Below are positions 1-12,000 of a stretch of DNA of 64,000 bases, one piece after another. Source of the stretch: Mustelus asterias (taxonomy: Eukaryota); assembly GCF_964213995.1 (NCBI RefSeq), contig NW_027591005.1, positions 62,001 to 126,000 of the forward strand, read 5' to 3'. The position numbers were made by a program, and so were the translations under genes. The notes under the pieces are model-generated. The model saw only the letters and a program-made list of their open reading frames with translations. It searched no databases and was not told the origin of the DNA. How positions within the stretch are numbered: position 1 is the first letter of the stretch; every line of letters starts with the position of its first letter.

Positions 1-3000
1 GAGAGTGTGTGTGAGCGACAGAGAGTGTGTGTGAGCGACAGAGAGTGTGTGTGAGCGACAGAGAGTGTGTGTGAGAGACAGAGAGTGTGTGAGAGACAGA
101 GAGTCTGTGTGAGAGACAGAGAGTGTGTGTGAGAGACAGAGAGTGTGTGTGAGAGAGACAGAGTGTGTGAGAGCGAGACAGAGAGTGTGTGTGAGCGAGA
201 CAGAGAGTGTGTGTGTGAGAGACAGAGAGTGTGTGTGTGAGAGACAGAGAGTGTGTGTGTGAGAGACAGAGAGTGTGTGTGTGAGAGACAGAGACTGTGT
301 GGGTGAGAGACAGAGAGTGTGTGTGCGAGAGACAGAGAGTGTGTGTGTGAGTGAGACAGAGTGTGCGTGAGAGACAGAGAGTGTGTGAGAGAGACAGAGA
401 GTGTGTGAGAGAGACAGAGAGTGTGTGTGTGAGTGAGACAGAGAGTGTGTGTGAGAGACAGAGAGTGTGTGTGAGAGACAGAGAGTGCGTGTGAGCGAGA
501 CAGAGAGTGTGTGTGAGAGACAGAGTGTGTGTGAGCGAGACAGAGAGTGTGTGTGAGAGACAGAGAGTGCGTGTGAGCGAGACAGAGAGAGTGTGTGAGC
601 GAGACATAGAGTGTGTGTGAGAGACAGAGTGTGTGTGAGAGACAGAGTGTGTGTGAGCGATAGAGAGTGTGTGTGGGCGAGACAGAGAGTGTGTGTGAGC
701 GAGACAGAGAGTGTGTGTGAGCGAGACAGAGTGTGTGTGAGCGAGACAGAGAGTGTGTGTGAGCGAGACAGAGAGTGTGTGTGAGCGAGACAGAGAGTGT
801 GTGTGAGCGAGACAGAGAGTGTGTGTGAGCGAGACAGAGAGTGTGTGTGAGCGAGACAGGAGTGTGTGAGAGCGAGACAGAGAGTGCGTGAGAGCGAGAC
901 AGAGAGTGTGTGTGAGAGACAGAGTGTGTGTGAGAGACAGAGTGTGTGTGAGAGACAGAGTGTGTGTGAGAAACAGAGAGTGTGTGTGAGAGACAGAGTG
1001 TGTGTGTGAGAGACAGAGTGTGTGTGTGAGAGACAGAGAGTGTGTGTGAGAGACAGAGAGTGTGTGTGAGAGACAGAGTGTGTGTGTGAGTGAGAAAGAG
1101 AGTGTGTGAGCGATAGAGAGTGTGTGAGCGAGACAGAGAGTGTGTGTGAGAGACAGAGTGTGTGTGTGAGTGAGACAGAGAGTGTGTGAGCGATAGAGAG
1201 TGTGTGAGCGAGACAGAGAGTGTGTGAGCGAGACAGAGAGTGTGTGTGAGAGACAGAGTGTGTGTGTGAGCGAGACAGAGAGTGGTGTGAGAGAGACAGA
1301 GAGTGTGCGTGAGAGACAGAGAGTGTGTGTGAGAGACAGAGAGTGTGTGTGAGCGAGACAGAGAGTGTGTGTGAGCGAGACAGAGAGTGTGTGAGAGACA
1401 GAGAGTGCGTGAGCGAGACAGAGGTGTGTGAGAGAGACAGAGAGTGTGTGAAACAGAGAGTGTGTGTGAGAGACAGAGTGTGTGTGTGAGCGAGACAGAG
1501 AGTGTGTGTGAGAGACAGAGAGTGTGCGTGAGAGACAGAGTGTGTGTGAGTGAGACAGAGAGTGTGTGTGAGAGACAGAGAGTGTATGAGAGAGACAGAG
1601 AGTGTGTGTGAGCGAGACAGAGAGTGTGTGAGCGTGACAGAGAGTGTGTGTGAGAGACAGAGTGTGTGTGAGAGACAGAGTGTGTGTGAGAGACAGAGTG
1701 TGTGTGAGAGACAGAGTGTGTGTGTGAGAGACAGAGAGTGCGTGAGCGAGACAGAGAGTGTGTGTGAGAGACAGAGTGTGTGTGTGTGAGTGAGACAGAG
1801 AGTGTGCGTGAGCGAGACAGAGAGTGTGTGTGAGAGACAGAGAGTGTGTGTGAGTGAGACAGAGAGTGTGTGTGAGTGAGACAGAGAGTGTGTGAGAGAC
1901 AGAGAGTGTGTGAGAGAGACAGAGAGTGTGTGTGAGAGACAGAGTGTGTGTGTGAGACACAAAGAGTGTGTGTAAGAGACAGAGAGTGTGCGTGAGAGAC
2001 AGAGAGTGTGTGTGAGAGACAGAGAGTGTGTGAGAGAGACAGAGAGTGTGTGAGAGAGACAGAGAGTGCGTGAGCGAGACAGAGAGTGTGTGTGAGAGAC
2101 AGAGAGTGTGTGAGCGAGACAGAGAGTGTGTGTGAGCGAGACAGAGAGTGTGTGTGAGCGAGACAGAGAGTGTGTGTGAGCGAGACAGAGAGTGTGTGTG
2201 AGCGAGACAGAGAGTGTGTGTGAGCGAGACAGAGAGTGTGTGTGAGCGACAGAGAGTGTGTGTGAGAGACAGAGAGTGTGTGAGTGACAGAGAGTGTGTG
2301 TGAGCGACAGAGAGTGTGTGTGAGCGACAGAGAGTGTGTGTGAGCGACAGAGAGTGTGTGTGAGCGACAGAGAGTGTGTGTGAGAGACAGAGAGTGTGTG
2401 AGAGACAGAGAGTCTGTGTGAGAGACAGAGAGTGTGTGTGAGAGACAGAGAGTGTGTGTGAGAGAGACAGAGTGTGTGAGAGCGAGACAGAGAGTGTGTG
2501 TGAGCGAGACAGAGAGTGTGTGTGTGAGAGACAGAGAGTGTGTGTGTGAGAGACAGAGAGTGTGTGTGTGAGAGACAGAGACTGTGTGGGTGAGAGACAG
2601 AGAGTGTGTGTGCGAGAGACAGAGAGTGTGTGTGTGAGTGAGACAGAGTGTGCGTGAGAGACAGAGAGTGTGTGAGAGAGACAGAGAGTGTGTGAGAGAG
2701 ACAGAGAGTGTGTGTGTGAGTGAGACAGAGAGTGTGTGTGAGAGACAGAGAGTGTGTGTGAGAGATAGAGAGTGTGTGTGAGAGATAGAGAGTGTGTGTG
2801 AGAGACAGAGAGTGTGTGAGCGAGACAGAGAGTGTGTGTGAGAGTCAGAGTGTGTGGGTGAGCGAGACAGAGAGTGTGTGTGAGCGAGACAGAGAGTGTG
2901 TGTGAGTGAGACAGAGAGTGTGTGTGAGCGAGACAGAGTGTGTGTGAGCGAGACAGAGTGTGTGTGAGCGAGACAGAGTGTGTGAGAGAGAGACAGAGTG

Positions 3001-6000
3001 TGTGAGAGAGAGACAGAGTGTGTGAGCGACAGAGAGTGTGTGTGAGAGACAGAGAGTGTGTGTGAGAGACAGAGAGTGTGTGTGAGAGACAGAGAGTGTG
3101 TGTGAGAGACAGAGAGTGTGTGTGAGAGACAGAGAGTGTGTGTGAGAGACAGAGAGTGTGTGTGAGAGACAGAGAATGTGTGTGAGAGACAGAGAATGTG
3201 TGTGAGAGACAGAGAGTGTGTGTGAGAGACAGAGAGTGTGTGAGTGAGACAGAGAGTGTGTGAGCGATAGAGTGTGTGAGCGAGACAGAGAGTGTGTGAG
3301 AGACAGAGAGTGTGTGTGTGAGTGAGACAGAGAGAGACAGAGAGTGTGTGTGAGAGACAGAGAGTGTGTGAGTGAGACAGAGAGTGTGTGAGCGATAGAG
3401 TGTGTGAGCGAGACAGAGAGTGTGTGAGAGACAGAGAGTGTGTGTGTGAGTGAGACAGAGAGTGTGTGTGAGCGAGATGGAGAGTGTGTGTGTGAGAGAC
3501 AGAGTGTGTGTGTGAGAGACAGAGTGTGTGTGTGTGAGAGACAGAGTGTGTGTGTGAGAGACAGAGTGTGTGTGTGAGAGACAGAGAGTGTGTGTGAGAG
3601 ACAGAGTGTGTGTGTGAGTGATAGAGAGCGTGTGAGCGAGACAGAGAGTGTGTGTGAGAGACAGAGAGTGTGTGAGCGAGACAGAGAGTGTGTGAGCGAG
3701 ACCGAGAGTGTGTGTGAGAGAGACAGAGAGTGTGTGTGAGAGAGACAAAGAGTGTGTGTGAGAGAGACAGAGAGTGTGTGTGAAAGACAGAGTGTGCGCG
3801 TGAGCGAGACAGAGAGTGTGTGTGAGAGACAGAGAGTGTGTGTGAGAGACAGAGAGTGTGTGTGAGAGACAGAGAGTGTGTGTGAGAGACAGAGAGTGTG
3901 CGTGAGAGACAGAGAGTGTGCGTGAGAGACAGAGAGTGTGTGTGAGAGACAGAGAGTGTGTGTGAGAGACAGAGAGTGTGTGTGAGAGACAGAGAGTGTG
4001 TGTGAGAGACAGAGAGTGTGTGTGAGAGACAGAGAGTGCGTGAGCGAGACAGAGAGTGTGTGAGCTACACAGAGTGTGTGTGAGAGACAGAGAGTGTGTG
4101 TGAGAGACAGAGTGTGTGTGAGAGAGACAGAGAGTGTGAGAGAGACAGAGAGTGTGTGTGAGAGACAGAGAGTGTGTGTGAGAGACAGAGTGTGTGTGAG
4201 CGAGACAGAGTGTGTGTGAGAGACAGAGAGTGTGTGTGAGAGACAGAGAGTGTGTGTGAGAAACAGTGTGTGTGTGAGCGAGACAGAGAGTGTGTGAGAG
4301 AGACAGAGAGTGTGTGAGAGAGACAGAGTGTGTGTGAGAGACAGAGAGTGTGTGTGAGAGACAGAGTGTGTGTGAGAGAGACAGAGAGTGTGTGTGAGAG
4401 ACAGAGAGTGTGTGTGAGCGAGACAGAGAGTGTGTGTGAGCGAGACAGAGAGTGTGTGTGAGCGAGACAGAGAGTGTGTGAGCTACACAGAGTGTGTGTG
4501 AGAGACAGAGAGTGTGTGTGAGAGACAGAGTGTGTGTGAGAGAGACAGAGAGTGTGAGAGAGACAGAGAGTGTGTGTGAGAGACAGAGAGTGTGTGTGAG
4601 AGACAGAGTGTGTGTGAGCGAGACAGAGTGTGTGTGAGAGACAGAGAGTGTGTGTGAGAGACAGAGAGTGTGTGTGAGAAACAGTGTGTGTGTGAGCGAG
4701 ACAGAGAGTGTGTGAGAGAGACAGAGAGTGTGTGAGAGAGACAGAGTGTGTGTGAGAGACAGAGAGTGTGTGTGAGAGACAGAGTGTGTGTGAGAGAGAC
4801 AGAGAGTGTGTGTGAGAGACAGAGAGTGTGTGTGAGCGAGACAGAGAGTGTGTGTGAGCGAGACAGAGAGTGTGTGTGAGCGAGACAGAGAGTGTGTGTG
4901 AGCGAGACAGAGAGTGTGTGTGAGCGAGACAGAGAGTGTGTGTGAGCGAGACAGAGAGTGTGTGTGAGCGAGACAGGGAGTGTGTGAGAGCGAGACAGAG
5001 AGTGTGTGTGAGAGACAGAGTGTGTGTGAGAGACAGAGTGTGTGTGAGAGACAGAGTGTGTGTGAGAGACAGAGTGTGTGTGAGAAACAGAGTGTGTGTG
5101 TGAGAGACAGAGTGTGTGTGTGAGAGACAGAGTGTGTGTGTGAGAGACAGAGAGTGTGTGTGAGAGACAGAGAGTGTGTGTGAGAGACAGAGTGTGTGTG
5201 AGAGCGAGACAGAGAGTGTGTGAGAGCGAGACAGAGAGTGTGTGAGAGCGAGACAGTGTGTGAGAGCGAGACAGAGTGTGTGTGAGCGTGACAGAGAGTG
5301 TGTGTGAGAGACAGAGTGTGTGTGAGAGACAGAGTGTGTGTGAGAGACAGAGTGTGTGTGAGAGACAGAGTGTGTGTGTGAGAGACAGAGAGTGCGTGAG
5401 CGAGACAGAGAGTGTGTGTGAGAGACAGAGTGTGTGTGTGTGAGTGAGACAGAGAGTGTGCGTGAGCGAGACAGAGAGTGTGTGTGAGAGACAGAGAGTG
5501 TGTGTGAGTGAGACAGAGAGTGTGTGTGAGTGAGACAGAGAGTGTGTGAGAGACAGAGAGTGTGTGAGAGAGACAGAGAGTGTGTGTGAGAGACAGAGTG
5601 TGTGTGTGAGACACAAAGAGTGTGTGTAAGAGACAGAGAGTGTGCGTGAGAGACAGAGAGTGTGTGTGAGAGACAGAGAGTGTGTGAGAGAGACAGAGAG
5701 TGTGTGAGAGAGACAGAGAGTGCGTGAGCGAGACAGAGAGTGTGTGTGAGAGACAGAGAGTGTGTGAGCGAGACAGAGAGTGTGTGTGAGCGAGACAGAG
5801 AGTGTGTGAGCGACAGAGAGTGTGTGTGAGCGACAGAGAGTGTGTGTGAGCGACAGAGAGTGTGTGTGAGCGACAGAGAGTGTGTGTGAGCGACAGAGAG
5901 TGTGTGTGAGAGACAGAGAGTGTGTGAGAGACAGAGAGTCTGTGTGAGAGACAGAGAGTGTGTGTGAGAGACAGAGAGTGTGTGTGAGAGAGACAGAGTG

Positions 6001-9000
6001 TGTGAGAGCGAGACAGAGAGTGTGTGTGAGCGAGACAGAGAGTGTGTGTGTGAGAGACAGAGAGTGTGTGTGTGAGAGACAGAGAGTGTGTGTGTGAGAG
6101 ACAGAGAGTGTGTGTGTGAGAGACAGAGACTGTGTGGGTGAGAGACAGAGAGTGTGTGTGCGAGAGACAGAGAGTGTGTGTGTGAGTGAGACAGAGTGTG
6201 CGTGAGAGACAGAGAGTGTGTGAGAGAGACAGAGAGTGTGTGAGAGAGACAGAGAGTGTGTGTGTGAGTGAGACAGAGAGTGTGTGTGAGAGACAGAGAG
6301 TGTGTGTGAGAGACAGAGAGTGCGTGTGAGCGAGACAGAGAGTGTGTGTGAGAGACAGAGTGTGTGTGAGCGAGACAGAGAGTGTGTGTGAGAGACAGAG
6401 AGTGCGTGTGAGCGAGACAGAGAGAGTGTGTGAGCGAGACAGAGAGTGTGTGTGAGAGACAGAGTGTGTGTGAGAGACAGAGTGTGTGTGAGAGACAGAG
6501 TGTGTGTGAGCGATAGAGAGTGTGTGTGGGCGAGACAGAGAGTGTGTGTGAGCGAGACAGAGAGTGTGTGTGAGCGAGACAGAGTGTGTGTGAGCGAGAC
6601 AGAGAGTGTGTGTGAGCGAGACAGAGAGTGTGTGTGAGCGAGACAGAGAGTGTGTGTGAGCGAGACAGAGAGTGTGTGTGAGCGAGACAGAGAGTGTGTG
6701 TGAGCGAGACAGGGAGTGTGTGAGAGCGAGACAGAGAGTGCGTGAGAGCGAGACAGAGAGTGTGTGTGAGAGACAGAGTGTGTGTGAGAGACAGAGTGTG
6801 TGTGAGAGACAGAGTGTGTGTGAGAAACAGAGAGTGTGTGTGAGAGACAGAGTGTGTGTGTGAGAGACAGAGTGTGTGTGTGAGAGACAGAGAGTGTGTG
6901 TGAGAGACAGAGAGTGTGTGTGAGAGACAGAGTGTGTGTGTGAGTGAGAAAGAGAGTGTGTGAGCGATAGAGAGTGTGTGAGCGAGACAGAGAGTGTGTG
7001 TGAGAGACAGAGTGTGTGTGTGAGTGAGACAGAGAGTGTGTGAGCGATAGAGAGTGTGTGAGCGAGACAGAGAGTGTGTGAGCGAGACAGAGAGTGTGTG
7101 TGAGAGACAGAGTGTGTGTGTGAGCGAGACAGAGAGTGTGTGTGAGAGAGACAGAGAGTGTGCGTGAGAGACAGAGAGTGTGTGTGAGAGACAGAGAGTG
7201 TGTGTGAGCGAGACAGAGAGTGTGTGTGAGCGAGACAGAGAGTGTGTGAGAGACAGAGAGTGCGTGAGCGAGACAGAGAGTGTGTGAGAGAGACAGAGAG
7301 TGTGTGTGAGAGACAGAGTGTGTGTGTGAGCGAGACAGAGAGTGTGTGTGAGAGACAGAGAGTGTGCGTGAGAGACAGAGTGTGTGTGAGTGAGACAGAG
7401 AGTGTGTGTGAGAGACAGAGAGTGTATGAGAGAGACAGAGAGTGTGTGTGAGCGAGACAGAGAGTGTGTGTGAGTGAGACAGAGAGTGTGTGTGAGCGAG
7501 ACAGAGAGTGTGTGTGAGAGACAGAGTGTGTGAGCGACAGAGAGTGTGTGTGAGAGACAGAGAGTGTGTGAGAGACAGAGTGTGTGAGCGACAGAGAGTG
7601 TGTGTGAGAGACAGAGAGTGTGTGTGAGAGACAGAGAGTGTGTGTGAGAGACAGAGAGTGTGTGTGAGAGACAGAGAGTGTGTGTGAGAGATAGAGAGTG
7701 TGTGTGAGAGACAGAGAGTGTGAGCGAGACAGAGAGTGTGTGTGAGAGTCAGAGTGTGTGGGTGAGCGAGACAGAGAGTGTGTGTGAGCGAGACAGAGAG
7801 TGTGTGTGAGTGAGACAGAGAGTGTGTGTGAGTGAGACAGAGTGTGTGTGAGCGAGACAGAGTGTGTGAGAGAGAGACAGAGTGTGTGTGAGAGACAGAG
7901 TGTGTGAGCGACAGAGAGTGTGTGTGAGAGACAGAGAGTGTGTGTGAGAGACAGAGAGTGTGTGTGAGAGACAGAGAGTGTGTGTGAGAGACAGAGAGTG
8001 TGTGTGAGAGATAGAGAGTGTGTGTGAGAGATAGAGAGTGTGTGTGAGAGACAGAGAGTGTGTGAGCGAGACAGAGAGTGTGTGTGAGAGTCAGAGTGTG
8101 TGGGTGAGCGAGACAGAGAGTGTGTGTGAGCGAGACAGAGAGTGTGTGTGAGTGAGACAGAGAGTGTGTGTGAGCGAGACAGAGTGTGTGTGAGCGAGAC
8201 AGAGTGTGTGTGAGCGAGACAGAGTGTGTGAGAGAGAGACAGAGTGTGTGAGAGAGAGACAGAGTGTGTGAGCGACAGAGAGTGTGTGTGAGAGACAGAG
8301 AGTGTGTGTGAGAGACAGAGAGTGTGTGTGAGAGACAGAGAGTGTGTGTGAGAGACAGAGAGTGTGTGTGAGAGACAGAGAGTGTGTGTGAGAGACAGAG
8401 AATGTGTGTGAGAGACAGAGAATGTGTGTGAGAGACAGAGAGTGTGTGTGAGAGACAGAGAGTGTGTGAGCGAGACAGAGAGTGTGTGTGAGAGACAGAG
8501 AGTGTGTGTGAGTGAGACAGAGAGTGTGTGAGCGATAGAGTGTGTGAGCGAGACAGAGAGTGTGTGAGAGACAGAGAGTGTGTGTGTGAGTGAGACAGAG
8601 AGTGTGTGTGAGCGAGATGGAGAGTGTGTGTGTGAGAGACAGAGTGTGTGTGTGAGAGACAGAGTGTGTGTGTGTGAGAGACAGAGTGTGTGTGTGAGAG
8701 ACAGAGTGTGTGTGTGAGAGACAGAGAGTGTGTGTGAGAGACAGAGTGTGTGTGTGAGTGAGACAGAGAGTGTGTGTGATAGAGAGCGTGTGAGCGAGAC
8801 AGAGAGTGTGTGTGAGAGACAGAGAGTGTGTGAGCGAGACAGAGAGTGTGTGAGCGAGACCGAGAGTGTGTGTGAGAGAGACAGAGAGTGTGTGTGAGAG
8901 AGACAAAGAGTGTGTGTGAGAGAGACAGAGAGTGTGTGTGAAAGACAGAGTGTGCGCGTGAGCGAGACAGAGAGTGTGTGTGAGAGACAGAGAGTGTGTG

Positions 9001-12000
9001 TGAGAGACAGAGAGTGTGTGTGAGAGACAGAGAGTGTGTGTGAGAGACAGAGAGTGTGCGTGAGAGACAGAGAGTGTGCGTGAGAGACAGAGAGTGTGTG
9101 TGAGAGACAGAGAGTGTGTGTGAGAGACAGAGAGTGTGTGTGAGAGACAGAGAGTGTGTGTGAGAGACAGAGAGTGTGTGTGAGAGACAGAGAGTGCGTG
9201 AGCGAGACAGAGAGTGTGTGAGAGAGACAGAGAGTGTGTGTGAGAGACAGAGTGTGTGTGTGAGCGAGACAGAGAGTGTGTGTAAGAGACAGAGAGTGTG
9301 CGTGAGAGACAGAGAGTGTGCGTGAGAGACAGAGAGTGTGTGTGAGAGACAGAGAGTGTGTGAGAGAGACAGAGAGTGTGTGAGAGAGACAGAGAGTGCG
9401 TGAGCGAGACAGAGAGTGTGTGTGAGAGACAGAGAGTGTGTGAGCGAGACAGAGAGTGTGTGTGAGCGAGACAGAGAGTGTGTGTGAGCGAGACAGAGAG
9501 TGTGTGTGAGCGAGACAGAGAGTGTGTGTGAGCGAGACAGAGAGTGTGTGTGAGCGAGACAGAGAGTGTGTGTGAGCGACAGAGAGTGTGTGTGAGAGAC
9601 AGAGAGTGTGTGAGCGACAGAGAGTGTGTGTGAGCGACAGAGAGTGTGTGTGAGCGACAGAGAGTGTGTGTGAGCGACAGAGAGTGTGTGTGAGCGACAG
9701 AGAGTGTGTGTGAGAGACAGAGAGTGTGTGAGAGACAGAGAGTCTGTGTGAGAGACAGAGAGTGTGTGTGAGAGACAGAGAGTGTGTGTGAGAGAGACAG
9801 AGTGTGTGAGAGCGAGACAGAGAGTGTGTGTGAGCGAGACAGAGAGTGTGTGTGTGAGAGACAGAGAGTGTGTGTGTGAGAGACAGAGAGTGTGTGTGTG
9901 AGAGACAGAGAGTGTGTGTGTGAGAGACAGAGACTGTGTGGGTGAGAGACAGAGAGTGTGTGTGCGAGAGACAGAGAGTGTGTGTGTGAGTGAGACAGAG
10001 TGTGCGTGAGAGACAGAGAGTGTGTGAGAGAGACAGAGAGTGTGTGAGAGAGACAGAGAGTGTGTGTGTGAGTGAGACAGAGAGTGTGTGTGAGAGACAG
10101 AGAGTGTGTGTGAGAGACAGAGAGTGCGTGTGAGCGAGACAGAGAGTGTGTGTGAGAGACAGAGTGTGTGTGAGCGAGACAGAGAGTGTGTGTGAGAGAC
10201 AGAGAGTGCGTGTGAGCGAGACAGAGAGAGTGTGTGAGCGAGACAGAGAGTGTGTGTGAGAGACAGAGTGTGTGTGAGAGACAGAGTGTGTGTGAGAGAC
10301 AGAGTGTGTGTGAGCGATAGAGAGTGTGTGTGGGCGAGACAGAGAGTGTGTGTGAGCGAGACAGAGAGTGTGTGTGAGCGAGACAGAGTGTGTGTGAGCG
10401 AGACAGAGAGTGTGTGTGAGCGAGACAGAGAGTGTGTGTGAGCGAGACAGAGAGTGTGTGTGAGCGAGACAGAGAGTGTGTGTGAGCGAGACAGAGAGTG
10501 TGTGTGAGCGAGACAGGGAGTGTGTGAGAGCGAGACAGAGAGTGCGTGAGAGCGAGACAGAGAGTGTGTGTGAGAGACAGAGTGTGTGTGAGAGACAGAG
10601 TGTGTGTGAGAGACAGAGTGTGTGTGAGAAACAGAGAGTGTGTGTGAGAGACAGAGTGTGTGTGTGAGAGACAGAGTGTGTGTGTGAGAGACAGAGAGTG
10701 TGTGTGAGAGACAGAGAGTGTGTGTGAGAGACAGAGTGTGTGTGTGAGTGAGAAAGAGAGTGTGTGAGCGATAGAGAGTGTGTGAGCGAGACAGAGAGTG
10801 TGTGTGAGAGACAGAGTGTGTGTGTGAGTGAGACAGAGAGTGTGTGAGCGATAGAGAGTGTGTGAGCGAGACAGAGAGTGTGTGAGCGAGACAGAGAGTG
10901 TGTGTGAGAGACAGAGTGTGTGTGTGAGCGAGACAGAGAGTGTGTGTGAGAGAGACAGAGAGTGTGCGTGAGAGACAGAGAGTGTGTGTGAGAGACAGAG
11001 AGTGTGTGTGAGCGAGACAGAGAGTGTGTGTGAGCGAGACAGAGAGTGTGTGAGAGACAGAGAGTGCGTGAGCGAGACAGAGAGTGTGTGAGAGAGACAG
11101 AGAGTGTGTGTGAGAGACAGAGTGTGTGTGTGAGCGAGACAGAGAGTGTGTGTGAGAGACAGAGAGTGTGCGTGAGAGACAGAGTGTGTGTGAGTGAGAC
11201 AGAGAGTGTGTGTGAGAGACAGAGAGTGTATGAGAGAGACAGAGAGTGTGTGTGAGCGAGACAGAGAGTGTGTGTGAGTGAGACAGAGAGTGTGTGTGAG
11301 CGAGACAGAGAGTGTGTGTGAGAGACAGAGTGTGTGAGCGACAGAGAGTGTGTGTGAGAGACAGAGAGTGTGTGAGAGACAGAGTGTGTGAGCGACAGAG
11401 AGTGTGTGTGAGAGACAGAGAGTGTGTGTGAGAGACAGAGAGTGTGTGTGAGAGACAGAGAGTGTGTGTGAGAGACAGAGAGTGTGTGTGAGAGATAGAG
11501 AGTGTGTGTGAGAGACAGAGAGTGTGAGCGAGACAGAGAGTGTGTGTGAGAGTCAGAGTGTGTGGGTGAGCGAGACAGAGAGTGTGTGTGAGCGAGACAG
11601 AGAGTGTGTGTGAGTGAGACAGAGAGTGTGTGTGAGTGAGACAGAGTGTGTGTGAGCGAGACAGAGTGTGTGAGAGAGAGACAGAGTGTGTGTGAGAGAC
11701 AGAGTGTGTGAGCGACAGAGAGTGTGTGTGAGAGACAGAGAGTGTGTGTGAGAGACAGAGAGTGTGTGTGAGAGACAGAGAGTGTGTGTGAGAGACAGAG
11801 AGTGTGTGTGAGAGATAGAGAGTGTGTGTGAGAGATAGAGAGTGTGTGTGAGAGACAGAGAGTGTGTGAGCGAGACAGAGAGTGTGTGTGAGAGTCAGAG
11901 TGTGTGGGTGAGCGAGACAGAGAGTGTGTGTGAGCGAGACAGAGAGTGTGTGTGAGTGAGACAGAGAGTGTGTGTGAGCGAGACAGAGTGTGTGTGAGCG